A DNA stretch of 62,140 bases from the NCBI GenBank assembly GCA_934141575.1, contig CAKPCJ010000004.1, positions 1-62,140 on the forward strand. The letters run 5' to 3'. Shown one piece after another: positions 9,117-18,217 of the stretch; positions within the stretch are counted from its first letter, which is position 1, and each line of letters starts with the position of its first letter. Below the pieces are notes generated by a model, which ran no database searches, had not been told where the DNA came from, and saw only the letters and a program-made list of their open reading frames with translations. This DNA comes from an uncultured Bacilli bacterium (lineage in GTDB: Bacteria; Bacillota_I; Bacilli_A; RF39; UBA660). Position numbers and translations under genes: made by a program.

Positions 9117-9754
9117 TGATTAGTTGTATGAAGCAAAATATAAAAAATATATCGAGTAAAAAAATACCAAATTTAGTAATAATATTTACAATAACGTTAA
9201 TAGCGCTTTATTATATGAAAATAAATAATGATAAAATATACATAAATATAATTTCTACAAACATAAACACCATCAATACTTTTATATATATAATTTATAG
9301 ATTAATATATTTTGGATATTTAATGTACATGTCATATTGTATTTATACATTTGATTTAAAAAACAATCCTGAATTTTTGTTTTTAAGAATTTCAAGTAAA
9401 AAAATTTTGTTAGTAAAATATATATCATTATTGTTATTGAATTTATGTACTAGTATAATAATTCTTACAATATGTGTAATACTAACAAAAAATATAAATA
9501 TTTACTACTTAAAAATAATAATTAATGCAATGGTATATAATTTAACGATTCAGTGTATCTTTTATGTTTTAGTATCGTATTTTAACCAATATTCAATTAT
9601 AATGAGCGTAATCATGTATATATTACCAATATTATTAAAAACGAATATAACAGGTAATTTATGGTTTATAGTAATAGAAATACTAATAATATTAACAAGC
9701 TATATAATGAATCAGAAACTTATACTTAAAATTATAGAAAGGAATAAACAATGA
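9116..9754 (+). CDS. ABC-2-like multi-pass membrane protein (permease paralog 3)
   Basis: TAATG overlap with the previous gene and AAGGAGA upstream. Contains the FLFLRISSKKILLVKYISLL loop motif. Confidence 0.5.
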   Translation: MISCMKQNIKNISSKKIPNLVIIFTITLIALYYMKINNDKIYINIISTNINTINTFIYIIYRLIYFGYLMYMSYCIYTFDLKNNPEFLFLRISSKKILLVKYISLLLLNLCTSIIILTICVILTKNINIYYLKIIINAMVYNLTIQCIFYVLVSYFNQYSIIMSVIMYILPILLKTNITGNLWFIVIEILIILTSYIMNQKLILKIIERNKQ

Positions 9755-10392
9755 TGATAGAAATACAAAATTTAACTAAAAAAATAAATCAAGAAGAACT
9801 ATTAAAAAATATAAATATAACACTATTAGATGGAAGGATATACGGTTTTGTTGGAAGAAATGGTTCAGGTAAAAGTATGCTATTTAAAACAATATGTGGG
9901 TTCATAAATCCTACAACTGGAAAAGTTTTAGTAAATGGAATAGATATATATAAAGAAAATACATTTCCCGAGGATACTCGTGCATTAATAGAAAAACCTA
10001 ATTTTATAGGTGATTTATCAGGATTAGAGAATCTAAAAAATTTAGCCCAAATTCAAAATAAGATAAACGAGAAAGATATTTTAAAATATATGGAAATATT
10101 TGGTTTATTAAATAGTAAGGATAAGGCATATAAAAAATATTCATTAGGTATGAAACAAAAATTAGGAATAATTCAAGTATTAATGGAGGATCCTAAAATA
10201 CTTATATTGGACGAACCATTTAATGGATTAGAAGAACAATCAGTTGAATTACTTAGAAATATACTATTAGAAGAAAAAAATAAAGGTAAACTCATCATAA
10301 TAGCATCTCATATAAAAGATGATATTGATATCCTCGCAGACGAAATATATAAAATGGATGCTGGAGAAATAATAGATGTGCAAAAAAGGTAA
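9751..10392 (+). CDS. ABC transporter ATP-binding protein
   Basis: Walker A GRNGSGKS, signature-like YSLGMKQKLG, Walker B ILILDEP, H-loop IIASH. ATGA overlap with the upstream permease. Confidence 0.9.
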   Translation: MMIEIQNLTKKINQEELLKNINITLLDGRIYGFVGRNGSGKSMLFKTICGFINPTTGKVLVNGIDIYKENTFPEDTRALIEKPNFIGDLSGLENLKNLAQIQNKINEKDILKYMEIFGLLNSKDKAYKKYSLGMKQKLGIIQVLMEDPKILILDEPFNGLEEQSVELLRNILLEEKNKGKLIIIASHIKDDIDILADEIYKMDAGEIIDVQKR

Positions 10393-10413
10393 TAGCATAA
10401 CTATTACCTTTTT
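10382..10413. terminator. Bidirectional terminator between the ABC ATPase gene and the ATP-grasp gene
   Basis: AGGTAATAG-cataa-CTATTACCT flanked by an A-run and a T-run. Both convergent stop codons lie in or at the hairpin. Confidence 0.8.
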
Positions 10414-11629
10414 AAAATTTATTATTTTTATATTTTCTCAAATAATTAAAATCTCTATACAATAGAAATAATTTTCTAGTAAAATTTTTATCATCCTTGT
10501 ATTTTAACGGATTTACATACTTATTTTGTTTAATAAGAGAAAATATTTTTTCTGATAAAATCTTATTGTCAACATATTTTTTAATAACTGCTTTTGGAAC
10601 AAATGAAAGAACCATTTGCTCCTTAATTAAAACTAAATCATGTCTTTTATTAAATATGACATCATCAATTAAGTATTTTACTAAATTATAACCGCAAAAA
10701 GCTAAATAATAACTACTCCTAGCTTGCCTTGGGTTAATTTCAAGAACCTTGTATTTATTATCTCTTGAATCATATTTAATATCAAATTCAGCAAATCCAG
10801 TATAATTAATAGATTCTAAAAAATCCTTAAATTTATTAATTAATTCTTCCTTATAACCATGTTCATCATATCCATTTACTAAAACAGTGCAATTTCCAAT
10901 AGCAGTTTTGGTTCTTTCTTGCAGAGCAATCTGAGCAAATGTCATAAGCTCTGCTTTACCCTGAGTATTGCAATAAAATATGGAATCAAATAAAGCATCA
11001 TCTCCACCCGGGATAAATTCTTGAAGCACTAAATTTCCATCATAACCAGAATTCTCAATTTCTTGTATAGATTTTTTAAGCTCATCATTAGAATATATTT
11101 TGTAAACTTTTCTCATTCCTTCAAATTCGTGTTTATGATATAAAAAACCATCACCAGGTTTAACAATCATAGGGAACTCATCCCATTCAGGAATTTTATC
11201 TCCACTTAAGCATTTATAAATTACTGTTTTTGGTAATTCAAGCGAACTATCTTTATAAGCTAAATAAAAATTTTCTTTTATAAGTAAATTGTTAATAATA
11301 TCTATTCTAGGATAATTGAAAGAAAAATATTTTTTTAAGACTTCTTCATTTTCAACGATGAGTCTTACATAAAAATCATTAGTGGCAATTAGCAAAATTT
11401 TATTCTGCTTATAATTATTTTCATTAGCATATTTTTCTAATATTTCAACAAATTTATCACTAATCCACAAATCTGGTTCAATCATGATATTAGTAATATT
11501 ACTATAATAAGTAAATCCCATTCTAGATTTACAAATCATATCGACCTTATTGTGATACAATTCATAGTAACATCTAGCCATATAATAGGCATTAATATCT
11601 GAACCAATAATTAAAACCTTAAAATTCAT
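10412..11629 (-). CDS. ATP-grasp family carboxylate-amine ligase, specificity unknown
   Basis: 405 aa from the ATG at 11629 (MNFKVLIIGSD). ATP-grasp blocks are FPMIVKPGDG, LVLQEFIPGGDD and FAEFDIKYDSRDNKYKVLEINPR. The start overlaps the alr stop (TAATG), with GAGGTG 9 nt upstream. Confidence 0.75.
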   Translation of the reverse strand: MNFKVLIIGSDINAYYMARCYYELYHNKVDMICKSRMGFTYYSNITNIMIEPDLWISDKFVEILEKYANENNYKQNKILLIATNDFYVRLIVENEEVLKKYFSFNYPRIDIINNLLIKENFYLAYKDSSLELPKTVIYKCLSGDKIPEWDEFPMIVKPGDGFLYHKHEFEGMRKVYKIYSNDELKKSIQEIENSGYDGNLVLQEFIPGGDDALFDSIFYCNTQGKAELMTFAQIALQERTKTAIGNCTVLVNGYDEHGYKEELINKFKDFLESINYTGFAEFDIKYDSRDNKYKVLEINPRQARSSYYLAFCGYNLVKYLIDDVIFNKRHDLVLIKEQMVLSFVPKAVIKKYVDNKILSEKIFSLIKQNKYVNPLKYKDDKNFTRKLFLLYRDFNYLRKYKNNKF

Positions 11630-12831
11630 TACTTTAAACACCTCTCATCAATTTCCGAAACTTTCCCATCGACAATAAGTTTTCTAGGGATAAAAGGACT
11701 TATATTACATAGAATTTCATATACACTAGTACCAACATATCTACTAAAATTAAATATAGAATTGTTTTCCCCAATTATTTCAACCTTATCATAACATTTA
11801 ACAGTATCGTCAACTTGTATAATAATCATTCCCATGCATACATCACCTATGATAGGATACTTTTTGCCATTTATGCAAACATTGAATCCAACGGAACTTT
11901 TTCTAATCCCATCTGCGTAACCGATTGGTACAATTGCAATATTGGTATCACTCTTTGCAACATACTTAGCCCCATATGAAACAGTGTCCCCTTTTTTTAT
12001 TTTTTTAACTTGTATAACTTCACTATACAAAGAAAATGCAGGTTTAAAATTAATTGATAAATTAGTTATGACAGGGGACAAATTATACTTCTTAGAATAA
12101 TAATTTCTTTTTAGTTCTCGTAATTTGGATTTTAATCCACCAACAGGTATGCTAGGGCGTATGTAACCATACATAATAATCCCAAGTCTGATTCCATTAC
12201 AAAATGATATTTTTGGATGATTTACAAGGGAAATACTATTCCCTAGATGCACTATAGGTACCTGCTTTAAATTAATATCATTTGTTATATCAATAAAATT
12301 ATTCAATTGTTTTTGCCATTCTTTATCATATATACCAACAGTAGCAAAATGACTAAAAATACCTTCCAAATATAAAAAAGAACTATTTTTAATTTTATTA
12401 TACACAATATTAAAATCTCCGCGATTGTTAATACCTAATCTAGACATTCCAGTATCAACCTTTATATGAATTTTTAAATTTCCATTAATTTTGCTCTTTA
12501 ATAATAAATCCAAATAACATATATCATGAACAGTAATAGTGATATTATTTTTAACACACTGATTGATGTATTCAATATCGATTGGCTCAACGCATAAAAT
12601 TGGAATATCGTGATTGTCTTTTCTAATCGAAATAGCTTCATCTAAAGATGAAACAACCAAATAATTTACTCCACTTTCTACCAAATACTTAGCAATTAAA
12701 CCGCTATGACCATAGGCATTGCCTTTAACAACTCCGAAATAGTATTTATAATCTGGGTAGTTCTGTATTATTTGCTCTATATTATATTTTAAGTTATTGA
12801 CATTAATTTCAACATAAGTATTTCTATACAT
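11629..12831 (-). CDS. alr: Alanine racemase
   Basis: PLP-lysine motif FGVVKGNAYGHS, plus VDTGMSRLG and GDTVSYGAKY. Confidence 0.9.
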   Translation of the reverse strand: MYRNTYVEINVNNLKYNIEQIIQNYPDYKYYFGVVKGNAYGHSGLIAKYLVESGVNYLVVSSLDEAISIRKDNHDIPILCVEPIDIEYINQCVKNNITITVHDICYLDLLLKSKINGNLKIHIKVDTGMSRLGINNRGDFNIVYNKIKNSSFLYLEGIFSHFATVGIYDKEWQKQLNNFIDITNDINLKQVPIVHLGNSISLVNHPKISFCNGIRLGIIMYGYIRPSIPVGGLKSKLRELKRNYYSKKYNLSPVITNLSINFKPAFSLYSEVIQVKKIKKGDTVSYGAKYVAKSDTNIAIVPIGYADGIRKSSVGFNVCINGKKYPIIGDVCMGMIIIQVDDTVKCYDKVEIIGENNSIFNFSRYVGTSVYEILCNISPFIPRKLIVDGKVSEIDERCLK

Positions 12832-12933
12832 ATCATCGCCTCACTTATTATAAATTATACCACGTATATACTCAATTGTATTTATTTTTTTGAATATACA
12901 TGGTATACTACACTTAAAAGAGTTGGTGGTATT

Positions 12934-14013
12934 ATGAGTATTTCAAGAATAATTTTAATAGTAACAGTATGTTTTCTGATTTCTACACTTATGGTTCCTA
13001 TAGTAAAAAAAATAGCGTATCACATTGGAGCGTTGGATATTCCAGATGCAAGAAAAGTACACACAACACCGATGCCTAGATTAGGTGGACTAGCAATATT
13101 TACAGCATTTTTATTAGGATATATGTTATTTGCAACTCCAACTACAGAAATGAATTCAATTCTAATAGGAAGTTTTATAGTATTTTTAACAGGAATGTTA
13201 GATGACATAAAACCATTGCCGGCATCAATAAAATTTGGTGGTCAATTGCTTGGAGCACTCACAGTTGTATTTTATGGTGGAATTGTAATAGATAAAATAA
13301 ATATATTTTCGGCCACATTTAACCTATCTGACTTTGCTATATTGAACTATGGAATAACCCTATTTTTAATATTAGGATGTATGAATTGCATTAATTTGAT
13401 TGATGGGTTAGATGGTTTATCAAGCGGTGTAGCATCAATATTTTTTATAACAATAGGAATAATAGGATATATACAAGGAACAATGTCCGGACTTGATATA
13501 ACTTTAGCATTCATAATGTTAGGAGCAACGTTGGGATTCTTATTACATAACTTTCATCCCGCAAAAATATTTATGGGAGACTCAGGAACTTTATTTGTTG
13601 GATTTATAATTGGAGTAATTGCAATATTAGGGTTTAAAAATGTAACAGTTACATCACTAATAACACCATTATTAATATTAGCAATACCAATAATGGATAC
13701 ATTATTCGCAATAATAAGAAGATTGCTAAAAGGCCAGCCAATATCAAAACCAGATAAATTTCATATCCACCATCAATTATTAAATTTAAAAATTTCACAT
13801 GTTGGTACAGTCTTAATAATATATTTAATCAATATATTATTTGCATTATCATCAATTATATATGTATTAAAAGATGAAGCACTAGGAAGAATTGTATACG
13901 CAATTATACTAATAATAGTAATTTGGTTCGTATCAAATACAAGTGTAGTTGTTGATACTGATAACATAAAACATAAATTAAGCGAGTTGAGTGAAAAAAA
14001 ACATAAAAAATAA
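12934..14013 (+). CDS. tagO: Undecaprenyl-phosphate GlcNAc-1-phosphate transferase (MraY/WecA/TagO family)
   Basis: Ten or more TM helices, with MPRLGGLAIF, NLIDGLDGLSSG and MGDSGTLFVGF. Confidence 0.85.
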   Translation: MSISRIILIVTVCFLISTLMVPIVKKIAYHIGALDIPDARKVHTTPMPRLGGLAIFTAFLLGYMLFATPTTEMNSILIGSFIVFLTGMLDDIKPLPASIKFGGQLLGALTVVFYGGIVIDKINIFSATFNLSDFAILNYGITLFLILGCMNCINLIDGLDGLSSGVASIFFITIGIIGYIQGTMSGLDITLAFIMLGATLGFLLHNFHPAKIFMGDSGTLFVGFIIGVIAILGFKNVTVTSLITPLLILAIPIMDTLFAIIRRLLKGQPISKPDKFHIHHQLLNLKISHVGTVLIIYLINILFALSSIIYVLKDEALGRIVYAIILIIVIWFVSNTSVVVDTDNIKHKLSELSEKKHKK

Positions 14014-14086
14014 AAATATACTTCCATTTTTTGACAATTTGTGATAAAATTGAATTCGGTTGCTATAGGTTAATGGGAGTGAATAT

Positions 14087-14806
14087 ATGATTAATATAAT
14101 AGTATGCGATGATAACAAGGAGATTAATAAGCATATATGTGACATAATTAACAAAACAATGATGCCGATTGATGCTGATTATGTTATAAAAAGACATTAC
14201 CTTTATGATGAAAAATTTTTAAAGGATATGAAAGAAGAAGGACCAAAAATATATGTATTAGACATAGAGGTCCAAAATACATCTGGGCTTGATATCGCAC
14301 ACATAATTAGAAAGACGGACTTGGATAGTCCTATTATAGTAGTATCGGCACATGATGAATTAGCAGACAGAGCGTTTAGAGAAAGATTATTAATATTAGA
14401 CTTTGTATCTAAATTTTATAATTTAGAAGTAGAATTAAAAAAGGATATAGAATTAGCAATACGAACATTCAATGGACGAAGAACCCTAAAATTTAATTCA
14501 AATAGAGTATCATATATGATAAACTTAAACGACATAAATTATATAGCAAAAGCTGTAGGAGAAAGAAAAGTAATTATTAAAACAATAAGCAAGGAATATC
14601 TAATAAATAAGAACTTTATAGAACTACAGAACATAGTTAGTGATAACTTTATCCAAACCCATAGAAGTTGTATGGTAAATATTGATAATGTTAAAGAAAT
14701 TGATAGCAGTAACAATATAATAAGATTTGAGAATGGTGATGAAACAAACTTATTATCGAAATCATATAAACTGAAAGGGAGATTAAAAGATTATGTTAAT
14801 AACTAG
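14087..14806 (+). CDS. agrA: LytTR-family response regulator (AgrA-like)
   Basis: Receiver domain (IIVCDDN, IYVLDIEV) plus a LytTR DNA-binding domain (INYIAKAVGERKVIIKT, FIQTHRSCMVNIDNV). Confidence 0.85.
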   Translation: MINIIVCDDNKEINKHICDIINKTMMPIDADYVIKRHYLYDEKFLKDMKEEGPKIYVLDIEVQNTSGLDIAHIIRKTDLDSPIIVVSAHDELADRAFRERLLILDFVSKFYNLEVELKKDIELAIRTFNGRRTLKFNSNRVSYMINLNDINYIAKAVGERKVIIKTISKEYLINKNFIELQNIVSDNFIQTHRSCMVNIDNVKEIDSSNNIIRFENGDETNLLSKSYKLKGRLKDYVNN

Positions 14807-16103
14807 TTTATTAGTAGTAACTTCAATAATTTTAATTTATACGACGATGTATTTTATAGCAAAGGCACAAAACATTACATTTAATATATTAAAACTAGAT
14901 ATTTTTAAACACTTTACAATAATATTAGCTGGAATAATCGCAGCACTATTACACACTAAAATAGAAGGAAGTTTAATATTAATTATAAATATATTAATGT
15001 ATGTATTACTTATAAAGTATATATTAGGTTTATCAACAGAAAAAGCCTTCTTTTCAACTTTTGTAATATATGTGGCCATAGCTTTTGCGGATGTACTAGG
15101 AGTTGTAATATATACGTTTTTAGATATAGATTTAATATCGATGACAGTCGAATTAAGGTCAATAAATGGTAATTTGTTAATTATACTTTTACTGTTTATA
15201 GGGACCTTTATAAAACCTTTGATGCTTTTGATAGAAGGGCTTATAGAAAAAGCAACATCAAAAATAGGAACGGTAATAATAGTAACTATTTCATTGATAA
15301 GCATTATTTACGTAATGGTGTACTACAATATTGAAACTGTTGATTTTGAGGATATAATAATAAAATTTATGACACTAATGGCATTAGTATTTATCTTAAT
15401 TAAGTTTTATATTGAAAAGCAAACCAAAAATAATTTGATAAAAGAATATGAAAAAATGAATGATTATGTAAAAATATACGAGGATGTAATTGAAAAAGAT
15501 AGAATAAGACGTCACGAAAATAAAAATCAATTAATTACAATAAAGGGCATGATATCTCCTAAAGATAAAAGAACTAATGAATATATAGACTCGTTAATTT
15601 CAGATAATTCTGACAAGTCATATAAATGGCTAAGTGAGTTAAAAAATATTCCGATAGGTGGACTAAAGGGTCTATTATTCTACAAAGTAAATAAAATGTG
15701 CGAAAATAATATAGAAGTAAGTTTAACAATAAGTAGGAGTTTGGAAAATTCTAAATTGCAAAATATTGATACCAAAACGTATAAACAATTATGCCAAATA
15801 ATAGGTGTTTATATAGATAATGCTATAGAGGCTTGTCTAGAAACAGAATCAAAAAGTATAGGAATAGAAATATATAAAGATGAAGATATTTTTGAATTTA
15901 TAATTTCAAATACATACAAAGGAAATATACAAGTTGACAACATAGATGCTGCAGGCTATACAACTAAAGGTAATGGTCACGGATATGGTTTGTCATTGGT
16001 AAGAGATATAATAAATTCAAATGCGCAATTTTTTCAAAATAGAGAACTAGTAAATGAATATTATATTCAACATTTATTTTTAGATCTAACTGATCAAGAA
16101 TAA
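14793..16103 (+). CDS. agrC: AgrC-type membrane histidine kinase (HPK10 class)
   Basis: N-terminal polytopic sensor with about six TM helices. H-box IRRHENKNQLITIKG, N-box YIDNAIEA, G-box TKGNGHGYGLSL. Overlaps the regulator gene by 14 nt. Confidence 0.8.
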   Translation: MLITSLLVVTSIILIYTTMYFIAKAQNITFNILKLDIFKHFTIILAGIIAALLHTKIEGSLILIINILMYVLLIKYILGLSTEKAFFSTFVIYVAIAFADVLGVVIYTFLDIDLISMTVELRSINGNLLIILLLFIGTFIKPLMLLIEGLIEKATSKIGTVIIVTISLISIIYVMVYYNIETVDFEDIIIKFMTLMALVFILIKFYIEKQTKNNLIKEYEKMNDYVKIYEDVIEKDRIRRHENKNQLITIKGMISPKDKRTNEYIDSLISDNSDKSYKWLSELKNIPIGGLKGLLFYKVNKMCENNIEVSLTISRSLENSKLQNIDTKTYKQLCQIIGVYIDNAIEACLETESKSIGIEIYKDEDIFEFIISNTYKGNIQVDNIDAAGYTTKGNGHGYGLSLVRDIINSNAQFFQNRELVNEYYIQHLFLDLTDQE

Positions 16104-16104
16104 C

Positions 16105-16138
16105 AAAAAGAGTCGAAGACTTTCTTCGACCCTTTTTC
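16105..16138. terminator. Bidirectional terminator between the convergent agrC and agrD genes
   Basis: AAAAAGA-GTCGAAGA-ctt-TCTTCGAC-CCTTTTT. Confidence 0.8.
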
Positions 16139-16153
16139 AATTGCTATAAATAA

Positions 16154-16285
16154 CTATTTTAACATTGATTTAGGCATTTCTGGTTCATCAAACCAAAATA
16201 ACACACATGCTTGAGAGCCGGTAGATGCAAAAGTGGAACCTAATACAGATAACACCTTTCCTAACATTTCACTCAAAAAACCCAT
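16154..16285 (-). CDS. agrD: AgrD-type autoinducing-peptide precursor (43 aa; not in the ORF track)
   Basis: My own translation of the minus strand gives GAAGGAGGAA-N7-ATG(16285) ... TAG(16154..16156), encoding MGFLSEMLGKVLSVLGSTFASTGSQACVLFWFDEPEMPKSMLK. It has one Cys followed by hydrophobic residues and an acidic DEPEMPK tail. It lies 51 nt downstream of agrB. Confidence 0.75.
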   Translation of the reverse strand: MGFLSEMLGKVLSVLGSTFASTGSQACVLFWFDEPEMPKSMLK

Positions 16286-16336
16286 TTCTATTCCTCCTTC
16301 TGTTTAAATAAAATTTAAACCGCCATTCATAACCCC

Positions 16337-16930
16337 TTAGTAGTATTTATAATTGGCATATCTAAATTTAAAAATTCGGTATATCAATGGGTGAATCAAT
16401 GTGCCCTCTATAATCATTGCAAATGTAATAACATTTGCTATAAAATTATCATTTATTAAAAATAGTAAGATGGTGTATACAAAAGAAACAAAAACTGTCA
16501 AAATCTTGTATACATATCTTTTTTTAGTATTGATTAAAGGTCTCTTTTCTGTGTCGGCAGGTGCGTACATTATAAAATTTACCACACACAGAGAAGAGAG
16601 AATTAATCTTATTGGGAATGAAATTGTTAACCACTTGCATACCATAGCAATACCTATGAAAACTAAAGATGAGCTGATAAGACACTTGGAAGAACTCTTG
16701 GCATGAAGTCCAAAACCGGTGAGTCTTAAGATGTTAAAGAAAATAAGCAGTATAAGTAGTTCCTTAACAACCCCAACAATTGCAGCAATAGTAAATATGA
16801 CAATGGTTTTGGTAACAAGGATATACAATCCTTCTAATCCGTATTTAATTTCTGCAATTTTATCATCATCATAATCTTTATATTGTTTTCTTATTTTAGA
16901 TATTGAATAATTGATAAACAAATCTCTCAT
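16337..16930 (-). CDS. agrB: AgrB accessory gene regulator protein B (AgrD-processing membrane peptidase)
   Basis: 197 aa and polytopic. N-terminus KIRKQYKDYDDDKIAEIKYGLEGLY. GFGLHAKSSSKC has His and Cys 7 residues apart, as in the AgrB catalytic pair. Confidence 0.85.
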   Translation of the reverse strand: MRDLFINYSISKIRKQYKDYDDDKIAEIKYGLEGLYILVTKTIVIFTIAAIVGVVKELLILLIFFNILRLTGFGLHAKSSSKCLISSSLVFIGIAMVCKWLTISFPIRLILSSLCVVNFIMYAPADTEKRPLINTKKRYVYKILTVFVSFVYTILLFLINDNFIANVITFAMIIEGTLIHPLIYRIFKFRYANYKYY

Positions 16931-17146
16931 TTTTCATCCCACAAATAAATTACCACAGAAAGTGGCGTTAAAAATGCCACAGTACCTGTAAGGTCGAAAG
17001 TAATCCCCAAACAACAAAAAGCCTAATAAAAAGTAAATAATCTCACACTAATAGTGCAAAAAATGTCGTTTTAGGAAGAAAACCGTAGATAAATTTCTAT
17101 TTGTAATATAATACAAAATATGTCGAAATTTGTGTTACTGAATTTC

Positions 17147-17175
17147 TTGAAAAAGCCAGCGGCATGAATTATATT
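17147..17175 (+). promoter_or_regulatory. Putative sigma-A promoter of the cold-shock gene
   Basis: TTGAAA-17 nt-TATATT, about 30 nt upstream of the csp start. Confidence 0.45.
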
Positions 17176-17200
17176 TGATATGTAATCAAAAAGAAAGAAG

Positions 17201-17422
17201 GTGGTAGTTGTGGTAAGAAGAGTAAAGTGGTTTAATAACGAAAAAGGATACGGATTCATTGAAAATGAAGATGGAGAAGACGTATTTGTTCATTATACAG
17301 CTATAAAATCAACAGGTTATAAAACATTAACAGAAGGTCAATTAGTAGAATTTGATTTGATAGAAACAGAAAAAGGATTGCAAGCAGTAAATGTAAGAGA
17401 AGCAAAGGCTACTACAGTTTAA
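17201..17422 (+). CDS. csp: Cold-shock protein (CspA family)
   Basis: [13 protein letters not shown] (RNP1) and DVFVHYTAI (RNP2). The true start is probably GTG 17210, given AGAAGGTGG at 17195..17203. Confidence 0.9.
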   Translation: MVVVVRRVKWFNNEKGYGFIENEDGEDVFVHYTAIKSTGYKTLTEGQLVEFDLIETEKGLQAVNVREAKATTV

Positions 17423-17432
17423 TTGAAATTTC

Positions 17433-17459
17433 AGTGCAGCTAAAACTGCACTTTTTTTA
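17433..17459 (+). terminator. Rho-independent terminator of csp
   Basis: AGTGCAG-ctaaaa-CTGCACT followed by TTTTTTT. Confidence 0.85.
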
Positions 17460-17521
17460 TTATCCTTTTACAATTATTGAAAATATGCTATAATGTAAAA
17501 TAGTAGAAGGGTTGTGATAGA

Positions 17522-18217
17522 ATGGACCTGATAAGAGCAAAAAACTTAACAAAAACGTATAAAACAGGTACAACAGCAGTAGCAGGAATTAACTTGAAAA
17601 TAAAAAAGGGTGAATTTTGTTTCATAATAGGTGCCTCTGGAAGTGGAAAATCAACATTAATGAAAATGTTTTATAGAGAAGAAAAACCTACATCAGGTGA
17701 AATTATTATAGGTGGAATTAATGTTGGAAAATTAAGAAACGGAAATGTGTATAAAATTCGTAGAAAAATAGGAATAGTATTTCAAGACTTTAAATTATTA
17801 GAAAAACTATCAGTATACGAAAATGTAGCTTTTGCTGTTGAGATTTTAGGCGAAAAAAAGTCAGAAGTAAGAAGAAAAACATTGGATGCGCTAGAACTTG
17901 TTGGTTTAAAACATAAAGTTAAATCACTACCAAACCAATTGTCAGGTGGAGAGCAACAAAGGGTAGCAATCGCAAGAGCAATAGTAAATGGTCCAAAATT
18001 ATTATTATGTGATGAACCAACAGGAAATTTGGATCCAGATACTAGTATGGAAATAGTAAAAGTACTAGAAGATATAAACTCATTAGGAACAACTGTTATA
18101 ATGGCAACACATGATAGAGAAATAGTTAACAAACTTAAAAAAAGAGTTATCCTAATAGAGGAAGGAAAAGTTGCAAAAGACTTTGCGAAAGGAACGTATG
18201 ATCATGAAGTTGTTTAG
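17522..18217 (+). CDS. ftsE: Cell-division ABC ATPase FtsE
   Basis: GASGSGKST, LSGGEQQRVAIARA and LLLCDEPTGNLD. Confidence 0.9.
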   Translation: MDLIRAKNLTKTYKTGTTAVAGINLKIKKGEFCFIIGASGSGKSTLMKMFYREEKPTSGEIIIGGINVGKLRNGNVYKIRRKIGIVFQDFKLLEKLSVYENVAFAVEILGEKKSEVRRKTLDALELVGLKHKVKSLPNQLSGGEQQRVAIARAIVNGPKLLLCDEPTGNLDPDTSMEIVKVLEDINSLGTTVIMATHDREIVNKLKKRVILIEEGKVAKDFAKGTYDHEVV

